64,000 bases of DNA from Blasia pusilla (taxonomy: Eukaryota). The notes below the pieces were generated by a model, which saw nothing but the letters and a program-made list of their open reading frames with translations, was not told where the DNA came from and did no database searches. Positions 13,211 through 26,679 of this stretch are shown piece by piece (position 1 is the first letter of the stretch; every line of letters starts with the position of its first letter). A program made the translations under genes and the position numbers. The stretch spans positions 42,346,001 through 42,410,000 of the forward strand of contig CM114271.1 in assembly GCA_050084515.1 (NCBI GenBank), in the 5' to 3' direction.

Positions 13211-14491
13211 TGTCGTGTTGAGAGTCTTTCCTCAAGTAAGGACATACCTTATAGCTGCAGTAGACGTGGTTGATGCAAGTCGAACTCTATAAGAAGTTCT
13301 CTTTTTTCAATATAGAATTATTATGTACATCCTCCATTCTCTTACGATAGGAATCACAAATGGTAGTGCCGAGGCGATCACTTCTTCAAAACATGGAACT
13401 GCGAAATTCTTAACTATGAAGTCCTTCTAAACTACTTTATATTTATACACAAGGAAAATAATACAACTAGTATTAAACCCTAATCGAGCAGACCTATTGA
13501 CGTCCATGGATTCTTATATAAAGACATACAAAGTACAATCCCATTTCCTTCCGTACGTGATTATAGGAAGAATCACCGAAGTTAGAGATTGCATGACTTT
13601 GTTCATGAACGCCTCCCCAAAGTGCTAAACTAGATAGCGAATGGACCAGTGCCTATCTAAAAAGAGAATCTTGACATAATATGGATGAAGGAAAGGAAAA
13701 TCGGGCACAACTCGTGCTCCATCCCTATCCATACTTGACGGACATCCTCTACTCTGCTTTAGAATGGAATTTAGCGGAGTTGTTCTCCCAAGAGGGATAA
13801 TCCACTCCCATTGGGAAAATAACAAGCAAAACCATCCACTATTTCAAGTATGACTAAACTCATATAAGGTGACAAATCTCTCATCTCCTAACATATCACA
13901 CTCTAAAATCCTCTCGAAGAATAGACCATAGTTATGTTATTCTCCCAAGAGGGATAATCCACTCTCATTGGAAGAACAAGAAATCCCAAAGCCATCCACT
14001 CAAGAGTGACACAAGAAATTCAAGATGTGAAGTAGAAGGTGATGAACCCTTGAAGGTCCCTCTTGTTTATATACTCACAGGGGATCCACAAGAGTCGAAA
14101 TAGGGCTAATCTTATCTTGTGCCAAATGGCTTCCTCTCAAGGCTTAGCCAATCATATTTTGACATAAGTAGATTATCTCTTATCTCTTCCAAAATAACCT
14201 CCTTTATTCGCTTCATATCTTCCAAACTACTCCAACTATCATAGCCATCAATCAAGACTACTTTTGTTTTTCTTTCATTAAAGCACCAACCCCACTATTT
14301 TACTTTTATAATCTCATCTTTTATTTATTATTTAAAAAAAAAAAAATTGGGCCTGCGCAAATGAGCCATCCTAAACAGGTTTAAACATGGGAATTTCATT
14401 TTCATAGGCTAATTTACTTAATATTAATAAAACTCTCTTTAACACTTAATGATAGAGGAGTTTACATAGTGGGTGATTTTACCATACAACA
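13211..14491. mobile_element. Solo-LTR-like insertion within the chromovirus 3' LTR
   Basis: Termini TGTCGT...ACAACA; flanks ACGT/ACGC; removing it restores collinearity with the 5' LTR; internal ~35-bp duplication near 13780 and 13936. Confidence 0.75.
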
Positions 14492-16049
14492 ACGCTCTTA
14501 TCACCAACCTGCACTCAAACGCACTCACTTTAGTCTCTCTTTGGGTCAAGTGGGCCTCCCACCTATTGAGTCCTTGACTCGGCACCTCATCAAGCTCAAC
14601 CTTCCCTCATTCCTAGGTTCCCAACACGGGCAAGTCTTCCGAGACTTGGGACAGACTCTCTAGTTAGTCCAGCCATCTAAAACGGCGTTTGCTTGCCTTG
14701 CGGTCCCGACTGTCCAACGGACCTCGCATAAGTCCCCAACCGAGACTCAATAATATGAGTCTCCAGTTGGAATCCAATAGGGACCTCCAAAATCCACTCT
14801 ATTGGATTTGGTTCAGGTTTCGAATCCCAACGCCAAACTTCTGATCCGTTCTGTGCCCTTGAGTCACCCCGTGACGGCCAAAGTGGGGTTCGAGAGCCAA
14901 GTAGCCTTGGAGACCTTCCCCTTTACTAGTACTTATGGGGATTACCAAGGCCCCTCTACCTTTGGGAAGGAGCACACGGGCCCCTCTGTTGGGCCCTCAA
15001 CCCAACTCCATGTATAGTCAATTTTGGCCCATATCTCGGCTTCTGCTTAAGCATTTTCCAAAATCTTTGGTACGTTGGAACCAATCTGCATAAGCTTTCC
15101 AATGTTACCATTTTTGTCCCAAAATCATATTAGGACTTAAAGTTATGGTCAAAAGTACAGTAAAAAACTCCAAACGCTAGCCGCGCCCCAAGTTCGGTTC
15201 TTACCCTTAGCCGCATCTCCTTCCGAGACTCATCTTCCTGAAGTATGGGTTCCGCGTTTGTGACCATAAACACATGAAACACTTGAAATGCTCGCTGCGC
15301 TTGCGTCTCGCACTTGTGTTTCTCTTACTCCAAAGCGCAAAACATCCTAGCGTGAGCTCGCTAAAGTTTGGATGTTCCGCTTGGCGCTCGTTTGGTCATG
15401 AGGATTGCGACACTCATCGCTATGAAGAGGTTAATGCCCTCATAAACGCAAACCTTTTTGTAATGTCAAGTCATTTTGGGAAAGCTGAGGAATTGCGTTC
15501 TGGTAGCTAACCCGCAATTCCTCTTTTGGCTTACGTCTTAGGTTATCGCATGCAATTTTTAGCATCATTTAGCATCTCCTCTTAGATGAGCCTAGACCGG
15601 CTCTCAACTGATCTAACCTATCAAATAAGCTTACTAAGGTTGCTACCTAAATTTCTCTCACTCACAATTCATAAACATCTCACATGTTTACACGGTACAC
15701 AATTTGAACTACTTTTCGGTGGCTCCTATTCAACTTAGGCGTGTCTCTAAGTTCATTCATGCATTCACGAGTAAAATCACCTCAAGCCCCATGATAGAGT
15801 GATCTGCCCCACCGACGCTAGGGCAAGCCCAAATGTTAGTTACCCAACACTTGGTCTTGCTCTAAGTACTTATCTGAATACAATCTCTCACCTCAAATAC
15901 TCATTGTCTATCCTCTCGACTTATATCCTAAGCATATGAGGAACCACTCATTGCCATGCACTACCAAAGAAAAATTGCAAATTACACAAGCATCCAATCT
16001 CCAAATTCATGCATTCCTTTATTGCAACACTAGCCTGTTCTAGTTACAA

Positions 16050-19000
16050 TGGCGTTTGGTCCAAGCTTCCTATGGCACGAGTCATGTCTTTAGCTAATCC
16101 GTAGACTAACGCATGTGCTTCCCTTGCAACCGTTTGAAGTCGAAACACCTCTTATGCATGTTCCATGTCTGCCTCCGCAATCCAAGTCGCCTCTTTCACA
16201 TGGTAGCCCTTCCACTTGAACAAGTACGAGTACTTGTTGGCCCTACGCCTCGAACGCAAGGTGGTCTCCACCTCTAACTCCGGTTCTTCACTCGCAATTA
16301 CTGGCTGCGATCTCAACGTTTGTCTTCGCTCAGGACGCTAATTATCTTGAAGATATTTCTTCAAAAATGACATATGGAAAGTGGGATGAATCGTGAACTC
16401 TTCTGGAAACTCCAATGTATACACGTCCTCAAACAGGTTTTCCTTAATCACTTACGATCCAACATACTTGGCAGATAGCTTCGCGGACAACTCCTTCGAA
16501 AGAGTGAGATTCTTCATACTCAACCACACTTGTTCCCCAACTTGGAATCTCACTTGGTGCCTACTCTTGTTGGCATGCTTCACTTACCTCACTTGAGCCT
16601 TTTCAAGGTTTCTCCTTGCTCGCTCCTCCCGATCTTGCATTTCCGCTAACAAACCTTCTATCTTCGCTTGTCAAGTCTATGCCGATGTAATACCCTTTGA
16701 AAGCGCTAGGTCAAGAGGCCCTTCTGGCTCACATCCATAAGCTACAAGAAAAGGAGATTCTTCAGTTGAAAAATGCTTGGTTGAGTTATAGCAAAACTCT
16801 GCCATACTCAGCCACTTCGACCAATCTCGCTAGTCTGCGCTTACGTAATTCCTTAAGTACTAGTTCACAAGGGAGTTTACCTTTTTCATCTGCCCATCCG
16901 TATGCAAATGGAAGGCAGTGCTGAAACTCAGCTTGGTCTTAAACCTCTTGAAAAAATGCTTCCAAAAGGCATTGATAAACTTTGGATCCCGATCTGAAAC
17001 AATACTCCTTGGCAACTCGTACGCACGCCACCAACTATCCAAGAAGAGTCCATAATTCGTATAGGTTGTCGCTGAATCCAGCGTCGACACAAATCTCCCC
17101 AACTTACTGAACCGATCAACTATCACAAGTATAGCATTGTATCCCTCAGATTCTAGAAGACTCGTAATGAAGTCCATACTCACACTTTGCAAGGGTGCAT
17201 CTGAAATCGATGCACCCAAAGGCTACAGCAAGCCTTGTTTCTTTGCATAAGAAACTGTGTTCTCCTAACAGGTCACACACGTCTTCATATATTGAGTAAC
17301 ATCTTCTTTTATGTTGGGCCAGAAGAACCTCTTAGCCAGAACAACTAGCCTGGATTTCTCCCCTTTATGTCCTGCTAAGGGTCCGTCGTGATATTCCACT
17401 AACACCTTGGTTTGCATTCTCCCTTTGCCCACATAGATCTTGGTCTGCTTGAACCTTAGAAAACCGTGCCTCAAACTTGTGTTGGCCACCTTCTCGCCAT
17501 GCTTCAACTTCCTTAGGTACTCACTTGCCAGAGTGTCTTTCATGTATCCCTCACGAATCCTTCTTTCAATGTCTGTTTCCTAAGGAACATTGCTCTCAAG
17601 ACCTATGTTGTCGATGGTATGTCCTCATCCCTATGACTTAAGGCATCTCGAATGACATTATCCTTCCCCGGCTTGTGGATTAGTTCCACATTCATCAACG
17701 CTAAGGTATCATGCCATTGTAGTTGTTTTAGTGTCACTCGATCATGGGTCTCAAAATACTTTAGTGATACCTTTTCGGTGAACGCTCGAGTCCTGTGAAG
17801 TCCTAGATAGTGATGCCACTTCCTCAAGAAATGGACCACCGTGAGAAAATATTTCTTATGAGTGGGCCACCTCCTCTCGGTGTTTTTGAGCTTCTTGCTC
17901 CCGTACGCTACAAGTCTTCCTTCCTATACCAACATTCTTGCAATCGCAAAATCACTGGCATCAGTATGCACCTCGAACGGCTTGTCGAACTCCGGTAGCT
18001 TCAGCACTGGCTCCTACAATAGGATCTCATTGACCTACTTTAATGCATCATTCACTTTTTGGGTCCAAGCCGTGTTAGCATACTTCGCGGTCCAATATGT
18101 GAGAGGTCTCACAATCCCTGAAAAATTCCTCACATAGGTTTGGTAGAATTGCACCACGTCGATAAACCTCCTCATTCCCTTCACTATGGAAGGCGGTTTG
18201 CACTCGGTGATGGCTTTCACCTTGTCCATATCTGGACTAACTCCATCTTTTCTAACTACATGACCCAAGAACTTGATCTTGCGCAACCCGAACTCACTCT
18301 TGTCCATATTCGCGTACAACTTGTTCGCCCTTAGTTTCGACAACACCGCCCTCAAGTGTCAAGCGTGCTCCTCTAGTGACTTCAAATAGATGAGTATATC
18401 ATCAATGTAGATGATCATATACTCGTCCGTCTCCTCGTGAAAAATGGAGTTCATCAACGTGGTGAATTTCGGAGGTGCATTACATAGACCGAAGGGCATC
18501 ACCACAAACTCGAACAAGCCATATCTCGTTCTACATGGAGTCTTCTCCACATACGCTTAGGAAATCCGAATCTGGTAATATCATGACTTCAAGTCAATCC
18601 TACTGAAATACTTTGCCCCTGAAAGTCTATCTATGAGGTCATCAATCCTCAAAAGAGGGTAATTTTTTCTCACCGTCGCCTTTTTCAGCGCACGGTAATC
18701 CACACACAGTCTCATCTTTCCATCCTTCTTCATCATAAAGAGAACATGCGCTCCATATGGTGACTTGCTGGTTCTAATGTAGCCCTTCTCTAAGAGATCA
18801 CTTAACTACTTTTGCAACTCAACAAGCTCCTCTTGATTCAATTTGTATGGTGCCTTGGAAGGTGGTTGAGTTTGGAATGTGGTTGATGACCTCTATCTTA
18901 TGATCGACTGCCATATGCGGTGGCAACTCGTTTGGAAGCTCATTTGTCAAGACATCACCAAACTCCTTGACTACTCTCTATAGCAATCATGGGATTCCCC

Positions 19001-19470
19001 TCGAAGTCGCATCCTGATCTCTGCAATTCTCGCTTGTGATGTCCTCCACTTGTCTCAATAAGCAAAGGAACCCATCCTCAAACTTGGTCAGACTCTTCCT
19101 CGTAATGGCGTTCACCAACTCCCTTCTCATGGGCATCTCGTGAACCAATCTCAACTGCATCCGTTTGCCTTTCACTAAGACGCTCAACGTCAATGGCCTT
19201 TGTCTTAGCTCCACCTCATATGCATCCAAGACTGTGTTCCCCAAGACTCAATCAATGCCATCCATCTCACACACTGTGAAATTTCCCTTCGACTCAAATA
19301 CTCCACATCATATCGTCAAACCTAGCACCAACTAGGAAGTTCGATGAGACTTGCCTCTGGAAAAGCCTACATGAATGGGCTCGTCCACCTTAGAGGTTGA
19401 AAAACCCAACTCCTTCACAATTCTTGTTCTTAAGAAGGAGTGTGAAGCACCTGTATTCATGAGAAACATC
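16050..19470 (-). pseudogene. Chromovirus pol (PR-RT-RH-INT-chromodomain), disrupted
   Basis: NTGASHSF protease; MPFGLCNAP and [15 protein letters not shown] / VSDRDPKF integrase; C-terminal YLFKWKGYHVKEATWIAE chromodomain (~16150-16280). Multiple stops and frameshifts. Confidence 0.9.
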
Positions 19471-19639
19471 ACATCACCTCGCGATCAACAATCTTGGATC
19501 TTAGGAATACCAAGTTGGGCGTCCTCTTGGTGACTTGAAGGGAGGTCTCCAGACCTCTCGCCGACAAGTGATTAGCATCTAACGCAATCATACTCCCATT
19601 ACTAACCTTTGGTTTGGAGCATCCCTTTTCCATGTGCCC

Positions 19640-20572
19640 AAGTTTGCCACACTTGTAGCACAACCACCTTGCCGTTTCTTGACTTCGGATGTTGCACTCC
19701 CTTCGGCTTAGCATGGCATTCCTGTCACTTTGCCGCGAGGTTGAGAGACTCTCCTTGGTCACGCTCAACCCCATTCCAGACTCTCTTGGGTGCCCCTTTT
19801 TATATCACACTCTTGGAAAAAAAAATTTGTCTTGAAGGGCTTCGGTATTTGGACCTCATCATCCCCAATTTGCTCATCGAGCCTCAAAAGCTCCACGCAA
19901 GTATTTGGAAACTCCGGAATCCTATATAGGGCCTTCTCCGCACTCGGTTTGAGTCCACCAATGAAGATCGCTATCTGGGATGCCTCATCAATCTTAGGAA
20001 TAGAGTCCAACTTTGCGCTAAACTCACTCGCATAAGCGCTAAGGGACCCAGTCTCTCGCAGTCGCACGAGCTCTACCCTATCGTGGATCTCTTGGTACTC
20101 CGGGGTGAATCGGTCACCAATCAGCGTCTTGAACTCCTCCTAACTCAGAGGTGAACCACCGGCCATATATTCTTCTCTTCGCGCTGTCCACCATTGTAGC
20201 GCATGATCCTTTAGAAAGGTGACCACCACCGCCACCTTATCTTGCTCTGCTGCCCTATGCGCCTTGAAGTAATATTCCATCTCCGTAAGGAAATCTTTCA
20301 CCTTGCAAGAACGCCCCAACTCCAGTGAATGGTGTGGATAGGTTTGTTTTGCATAGTTTTTTGCCAAAATTCAAAGCTCGGTTTGACTCGAGCTCTGCAA
20401 TCCATTTTTTTTGCAGGAACACTTGTTTGGTCATCATCTTCATATAGTCCATCATTTGGGCATAGAATGGCAGTTCACTTGAGTTTGGAACCGCCGGCTC
20501 CACGAGAGGGTCTGTGTTTGGGACACCCTCATGTTTGGTGTTTGGCACTTTGGGAATTGGTTTCTCATCCAT
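19640..20572 (-). pseudogene. Chromovirus gag, disrupted
   Basis: FLKDHALQWW, LRETGSLSAYASEF, CCHC knuckle CYKCGKLGHMEKGC. Confidence 0.85.
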
Positions 20573-20791
20573 CAGCTCCCAATCCAGAATCGGTTTGTCT
20601 CACGGTTCGCGTCGCTTGACTTGGCATTGCCGTGGTTCATCTCCTTCAGTCGCCATCTTCAAGCCGCCACACTGAGATCTCCTCCTTGTTTCTTGCATCC
20701 CTCCCCAAGCATTTGGGCCTCGCCTCTACCTTGGGTTTTCCCCAAGCGTCTGATTGCTCCCACAACCCCAAGTTCTTGCTCACAAAGGATT

Positions 20792-20804
20792 AGCTCTGAT
20801 ACCA
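20792..20804 (-). promoter_or_regulatory. PBS complementary to tRNA-iMet
   Basis: TGGTATCAGAGCT on the minus strand, 2 nt from the 5' LTR. Confidence 0.9.
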
Positions 20805-22731
20805 CATGTCATGTGCCTACTCTCCTCGAACGTCAATCTCAATGTTGCAAAAGCGTACGTTTAGTAGGACACGCTCTCATTGCCAACCTGCACCCAAATG
20901 CACTCACGTTAGTCTGGCTTTGGGTCAAGGGGCCCTCCAATCCACCAAGTCCTTGACTCGGCACCTCATCAAGCTCAACCTTCCCTCATTCCTAGGTTCC
21001 CAACACAGGAAAGTCTTCCAAGACTTGGGACAAACTCTCTAGTTAGTTCAGGCACCTAAAACGGCATTTGCGCACCTAACGGTTCCACCTATCCAACGGA
21101 CCTTGCATGAGTCCCTAACCAAGACTCAAAAATATGATTCGCAAGTTGTAATCCAATAAGGACCTCCAAAATCCACTCTATTGGATTTGGTTCGGGTTTC
21201 GAATCCCAACGCCAAACTCCCAATGTGTTCCTTGCCCTTGAGTCACCCCGTGGCTCCCAAAGTGGGGTTTGAGTGCCAAGCACCCTTGGAGACCTTCCCC
21301 CTTACTAGTACTTTTGGGGATTCCTAGGAGCCCCCTACCTTTGGGAAGGAGCACCCAGGCCCTCTGTTTGGCCTTCAACCCAAGTCCTTATATAGTCAGT
21401 TTTGGCCCATATCTCGGCTTTTGCTTAAGCGTTTGCCAAAAATCTTTAGTGCGTTGGAACCAAATTTGCATAAGCTTTCCAAATCTATCCTACTTCTCCC
21501 AAACGCATCTCATGACTACAAGTTATGGTCAAGAGTACAGTCAAAAACTCCAAACGCTAGTCGTGCCCCAAGTCCGGTTCTTATCCTTGGCCGCATCTCC
21601 TTGCGAGACTCATATTCCTAAAGTCTGGGTTCCGGTCTCCTTAGTCGCAACCATAAACGCATGAAACGCTTGTTGCGCTTGCGTCTTGCACTTGTGTTTC
21701 TCTAACTCTAAAGTGCAAACCATCCTAACGTGAGCTCGCTAGAGTTCGGATGTTCCGCTTGGCGCTTGGTTAGTTATGAGGGTTGCGACAAAATATGTGA
21801 AAAGTCAATATGGGCAAGACACCAGGATACTAGTTATGAAATGGGAAGGTTGACAAGACAACCATGAGACATCAACCGCGGAGTGAAGACATGAGATAGC
21901 CATGAGACACATAAAACGCGGGTCTAAGCTCCAATATATATTTAAGAATCCAAGAGTTGCATAATGTGTAGGAAGTCTCCTCCAAGCCATCTTGACCAGT
22001 CTACAAATTGCAAGCCATGTTTGGGTACGTAGAGGGACAAAACCAAGGAACTAAAGGAGAAATTGGGGAAGGTGGGTTCCCCTTAGGAGAACCCTACAAT
22101 TCTCCCTCCCTATCCGCTCAAGTCCTTGAACTAGGAACTAATTGTAAAAATTGTTTAGTCGGATTTCAGGTTTAAGCTAAGGGACACACCTTAAGAAATA
22201 AACCAATGTGGTCAAGTATAGGCAAGGGACTTAGGGAGATTAGTGAAGACTTGAAGAAAAATATTATATGCACTTTGGGATATTTGATTCGATTGGCATT
22301 TGGCAGCTTCTCGACTACCTACGAAACACGCAAGCAGTTGAGCATTAGAGACTCAACTTAAGTCTTTCGCTTATAAAGCTCAAAGTTGGGTTTTCCTCGA
22401 GACGAGACTAAGAGGATGAGAACCACATAGGTTCTCAACGTAACGTCTTCCTAATACGATAATCACATAAACAATAAATTTTTCAGACTACTTTAAGTGC
22501 TTACTAGCCACACATCCTATAGATTCTTTGCCTAGATGAAGTCAAGAAGAAAGAGAAGTCACCAATATTTTTGGGCTCTCCTAGACCACACTATATTGGC
22601 CTTAAAAGGCCTTGACCTTTACCTTCAAGACTATTGTACTATATCTAGATTAAATTTCCATAATTATGAAATATTAAAAATAGATAAAATCAGATATTGA
22701 ATTCTATCAAGATAGGGTAGCTAGAGTAGTC

Positions 22732-23030
22732 TTAACTCATAAACTCATTTTATTTCCTTTCCATATGAAGTAATATCACACATGATATCTTTTAAACTAT
22801 ATTTCAAAATAAATTCTCCTTACATAATTACTCTCCTCCCAAAATTATGAGTATACTTTTTTTAACTTCTTTACTCCTTGCTGGGATCTTGGATCTTGGA
22901 TCAGAAAATTTAATATATCGTAATTGTGGAAGGGGAGTAATTATGTAAGGAAACAATATTTTAAGATAAATTTAAATGAGGTGTGATATTACTTCTTATG
23001 GAAAGGAAATAAAATGAGTTTCTAAGTTAA
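22732..23030. mobile_element. Foldback/MITE-like element with ~120-bp inverted arms
   Basis: AAACTCATTTTATTTCCTTTCCATA..GAAGTAATATCACAC and CCTTACATAATTACTC on the left have reverse complements on the right; TTAA at both ends. Confidence 0.8.
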
Positions 23031-26000
23031 ATGTGATTATGTATGGATGCAATATTGGATTCTTTCATCTATTTCGTAATTGAAAGGAGTAAGGTGATTT
23101 TTATATAATATTCAAAAAATATAGAGGTAGTTATCATGTAAAAAACCTATTTTGTATCAAAGGGAAGCTAATGCATTGCATATACATTCTTATTGGTGTA
23201 CATGATTGAAAGTAACAACATAGAACATAAAAGGAAGAGAAAAAACTCATAAATTTTTAAAAAAATTGTGACATCTTATTGGGAAATTTGGGCCTTATTC
23301 CCTTTTAAAAACCCATTTGAGGACAAACAGAGTCTTATGCAACCCAAGAGAGGAAGGAAAAATAAATGAATAATTTTTTTGGTAACATGCCAAAGGAAAA
23401 TAAGAAAAATGAGAGTCATAAGCTTTGTGACGAACTGCTTTAAATAAATCCCTCACAAACACTAATGGTTGATAAAATGTAAATGGTTAAAATGGTGAGT
23501 TTCTACCATCCACTTTGACTTGATGTACAATTTTGAGTGCTAGTGTACATTTTAGTGGCACCAAGACTCATGGACGATAGTAAGTAATGACAACCAAAAA
23601 GGGTGAGTTGATGATTCTTGAGGAATAGTGATTGTATGCTTTGAGGAAAGTATCAAAAGATGGATGTACATGCTCAAAAGCTTCACATAATTTCACTCCT
23701 TGATTTTTGGTATTGCATTGGTAGGGAAGCCTTTTTAATGTGCAACTTAACATACCGATTAGGAATACGTAAGATCAAGAACCACTACGTCACCTAGAAG
23801 TTGAAAATAACTCAAAGACATAATTAGCTCAATTTTTTGACAAAAGAACTATTGTGGGGCCCGCATATAGTTACGACTAGTGGTTGATTATATCATGATT
23901 GCTTGTGCATCAATGTTAGGTCTACTTTAAAAGTTATCATGGCTCCTTACAGATTAGTCTTCGGTCTACTAAAAAAATGTGTATATATTGACCATGGAAA
24001 TATTTGATTAAATAGAAGGACATAAGTGTCTTGAATTTGGATTAATGATGTTTATTACATGATTTTAAAATAGTGAATCGAATGAAGACTTCTAGAGAAT
24101 GAAAAATGTTAATGAAATTTGTGAAGATATTTTGAAATATATGTTAAGTTTGTCACGAGTATGGAATGGTCTTTACAATGTGAGGATGACAATTTGGAAA
24201 TTTACGTAAGTAATAAATGTCATTCGTGTTTCACCATTTAAGGAGCATAAAACACTAGTAGAATACAATAGAGTTAATGTACATGATGGATGGGAATAAT
24301 GGTAGAAAAATTGATTTGCGAAGAGCTTAAGATAAAAACATTGCTCAACCTTTCAATAAAATGGAGCTAGTGGCTATTTATGTTTAGTACCATTTAAGCA
24401 TTATTGGTCAAACCAAGATTTAAAAGAAGTTAGCAAAGCTATCACTACGTAATTGTTCTACATGTGAACAGAAGAAAATAGCAGCCCGGAGGAATCCTTG
24501 TTGATGGTGTATATAAGCCTCATGCTAATCGACTTGATTGCGGTGGCTCCCAACTTCCTTTTCAAGCTGGTGCTCGAGTTGTAAATTTTCATGTTGCTTA
24601 TCTCATTTTTCTCTTGAAGTAGGGTAAGCTGTCTAGATTTGCAAAGGTTATGGTTTTTAACACGAAGACTATCAACACTTGCAACAGTTGCTTTTACTAG
24701 GTCATTATTGTTTAATGTAGACAAACCATGGTTAGGAGAATGTGAAGTGGAATTAGGCCTGTTGAATCTTCTAGCGTGTGATGATGTTGACGGTCTCATG
24801 ATTGGTGCACAACCTGAATGTGGTTTGTGAGCTGTGTGTTCCTGCAAAATTTTTTCAATGAGTTAATTTAATGAATATAGTATAAAATCTTCCAATCGAT
24901 GTTTTTATACTTACGACAAAAATTAACTTTAAGGTTGAGACACCAATAATTAGTGAATGCAAGCAATCAAAACAAGAAATCGATAAAATGAACTATGCTC
25001 AACTTACCTCCTCACTAAAAGACATGGATTAAATGATGATGGAAAAATTGGTGTAAGAATTCGGTCCTTTGTAATTTGAAACAAAATATACATTTCATAT
25101 GTTGAGAAAATTTCAAAATTTGAAAATTTGAACCTTGACTTACTAGTGCCATGAGAATACATTTACTCAATGATAAATTCATCGGCTGAATACAGACATA
25201 GTGCAGTATTCAAGATTATATAAAAAAAGATTGTAGTAGTGCGGTTGATGACAACAACACTACAACAACAATAAACTGTATACACTTCAATACTTTAGAT
25301 GGGAAAAATTAGAAAACACTTTTTTAATGTGGATGGAGGAGATAATAAGGGGAAGGGAGAAAACGAACGAATGGCGAAAAGGCCATGACTATGGCAAATG
25401 TGACACATGAAGATAAGTATAATAATACCTCACCGTAATGGTCATGACTGATGTATACGATTGATCGAAGGATAAGGATGGTAAAGGGTAAATCTGTACA
25501 GTATTATGTCTCATAGTTTAGAAGTCCCTTTATCTCTTTGCTGGTGAAAGAAAAGTGGTTGGAGAAGTGGACCCTCCAAGATGTGCACAAGCATTGGTGT
25601 GGACAACATTGACATCTTCTAAATCATCAAGATTAATAATTGTTGGGTGTGTTGGATCAGGGTGAACATTAAGTAGCAGATGAGCTCGATGAGCTTGATT
25701 CATTCTTTAAATCAGAATCGTAGCATGTGCCCATGTCAAATCATTAATTGTCTCAAGAGGGATTAGAAGGAGGTGTCTTAATTCAGTAAGTTGAGGAAAT
25801 CTTATCCCCCTTGAAATAGTGATCAACTTGGTTGTTGCTGCTCTCTTAGTTCACTTTGAATTCTATTCATTTGAACATCAAAGCTTCTTTTTGCACATTT
25901 GTAAAAAAACATCACAAAACTTGAATTTAGCATCACATTGTGTTACAATAATAATAGTAAAATGAATTAAAAAGGTTATTGGATCACCATATAAAACCAT

Positions 26001-26679
26001 GCTTGATGTGATGACCCACAGGCTCTAAAATAGGGGTGTTATGGGGGCCAATAGATTAGCTCTTACACTGATGGTGCGTTATGGACAACTTTGAAGTGCT
26101 CAATCCACCGTTTTGCTTCATCTATGAGTTTGAACACGACTTTTTTGTTGTTCCATTCTCCCATGCACTAAGGGGTATACCCAAGTTATCAACATATTTC
26201 ATTTGGGCTTTGGTTGGCTTTGTGTTTAGTATTTAAGTAGGATTTTCTTCTCCTGGTATATCACAAAGAAGTATTCTAGCGAACTCAACACTTTTAGAAG
26301 GGACCTAATATCATGAAATTATCATGAAATTGCCATGTCTGGAAATAAAATTACATGTATGAGAAAAAAGAGTCAAGCATGAAACAATTTAGGGTGTAAG
26401 GGAAAAAAAGAAAGTAAGCACCGGGGATGTATCATCCAAGCCCGGTTTTGGTCCCTTTATCTATGTTTCTAGTTTTTGTAGGACACCTATTGTGCTGAAA
26501 TACCAAGGTTGCCTCTGTAGATGTGTCATTCTGGTTCGTGTATGACCAAGTCCTTCTATGAGTTCTTCTTAGGTCCTCATCAGAGAAGTTAAGGACAAGT
26601 GCATTTTGTTGTAATTTTTCAATCATTCTAAAAAATAGATAAAGGGCAAAACATGACAATGTGAGAAGTCTCCATGTCA

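Larger units (their letters stand above)
13143..21790 (-). mobile_element. Full-length but decayed Ty3/Gypsy chromovirus
   Basis: 5' LTR 20807-21790 (TG..CA). 3' LTR split into 13143-13210 + 14492-15412. TSD GAATA/AAATA. tRNA-iMet PBS. Domain order gag-PR-RT-RH-INT-chromodomain. Confidence 0.92.

Noticed and set aside
24458-24847. 129-aa minus-strand ORF
   Set aside because: No recognisable domain; may be Helitron-internal sequence but I cannot support a call.
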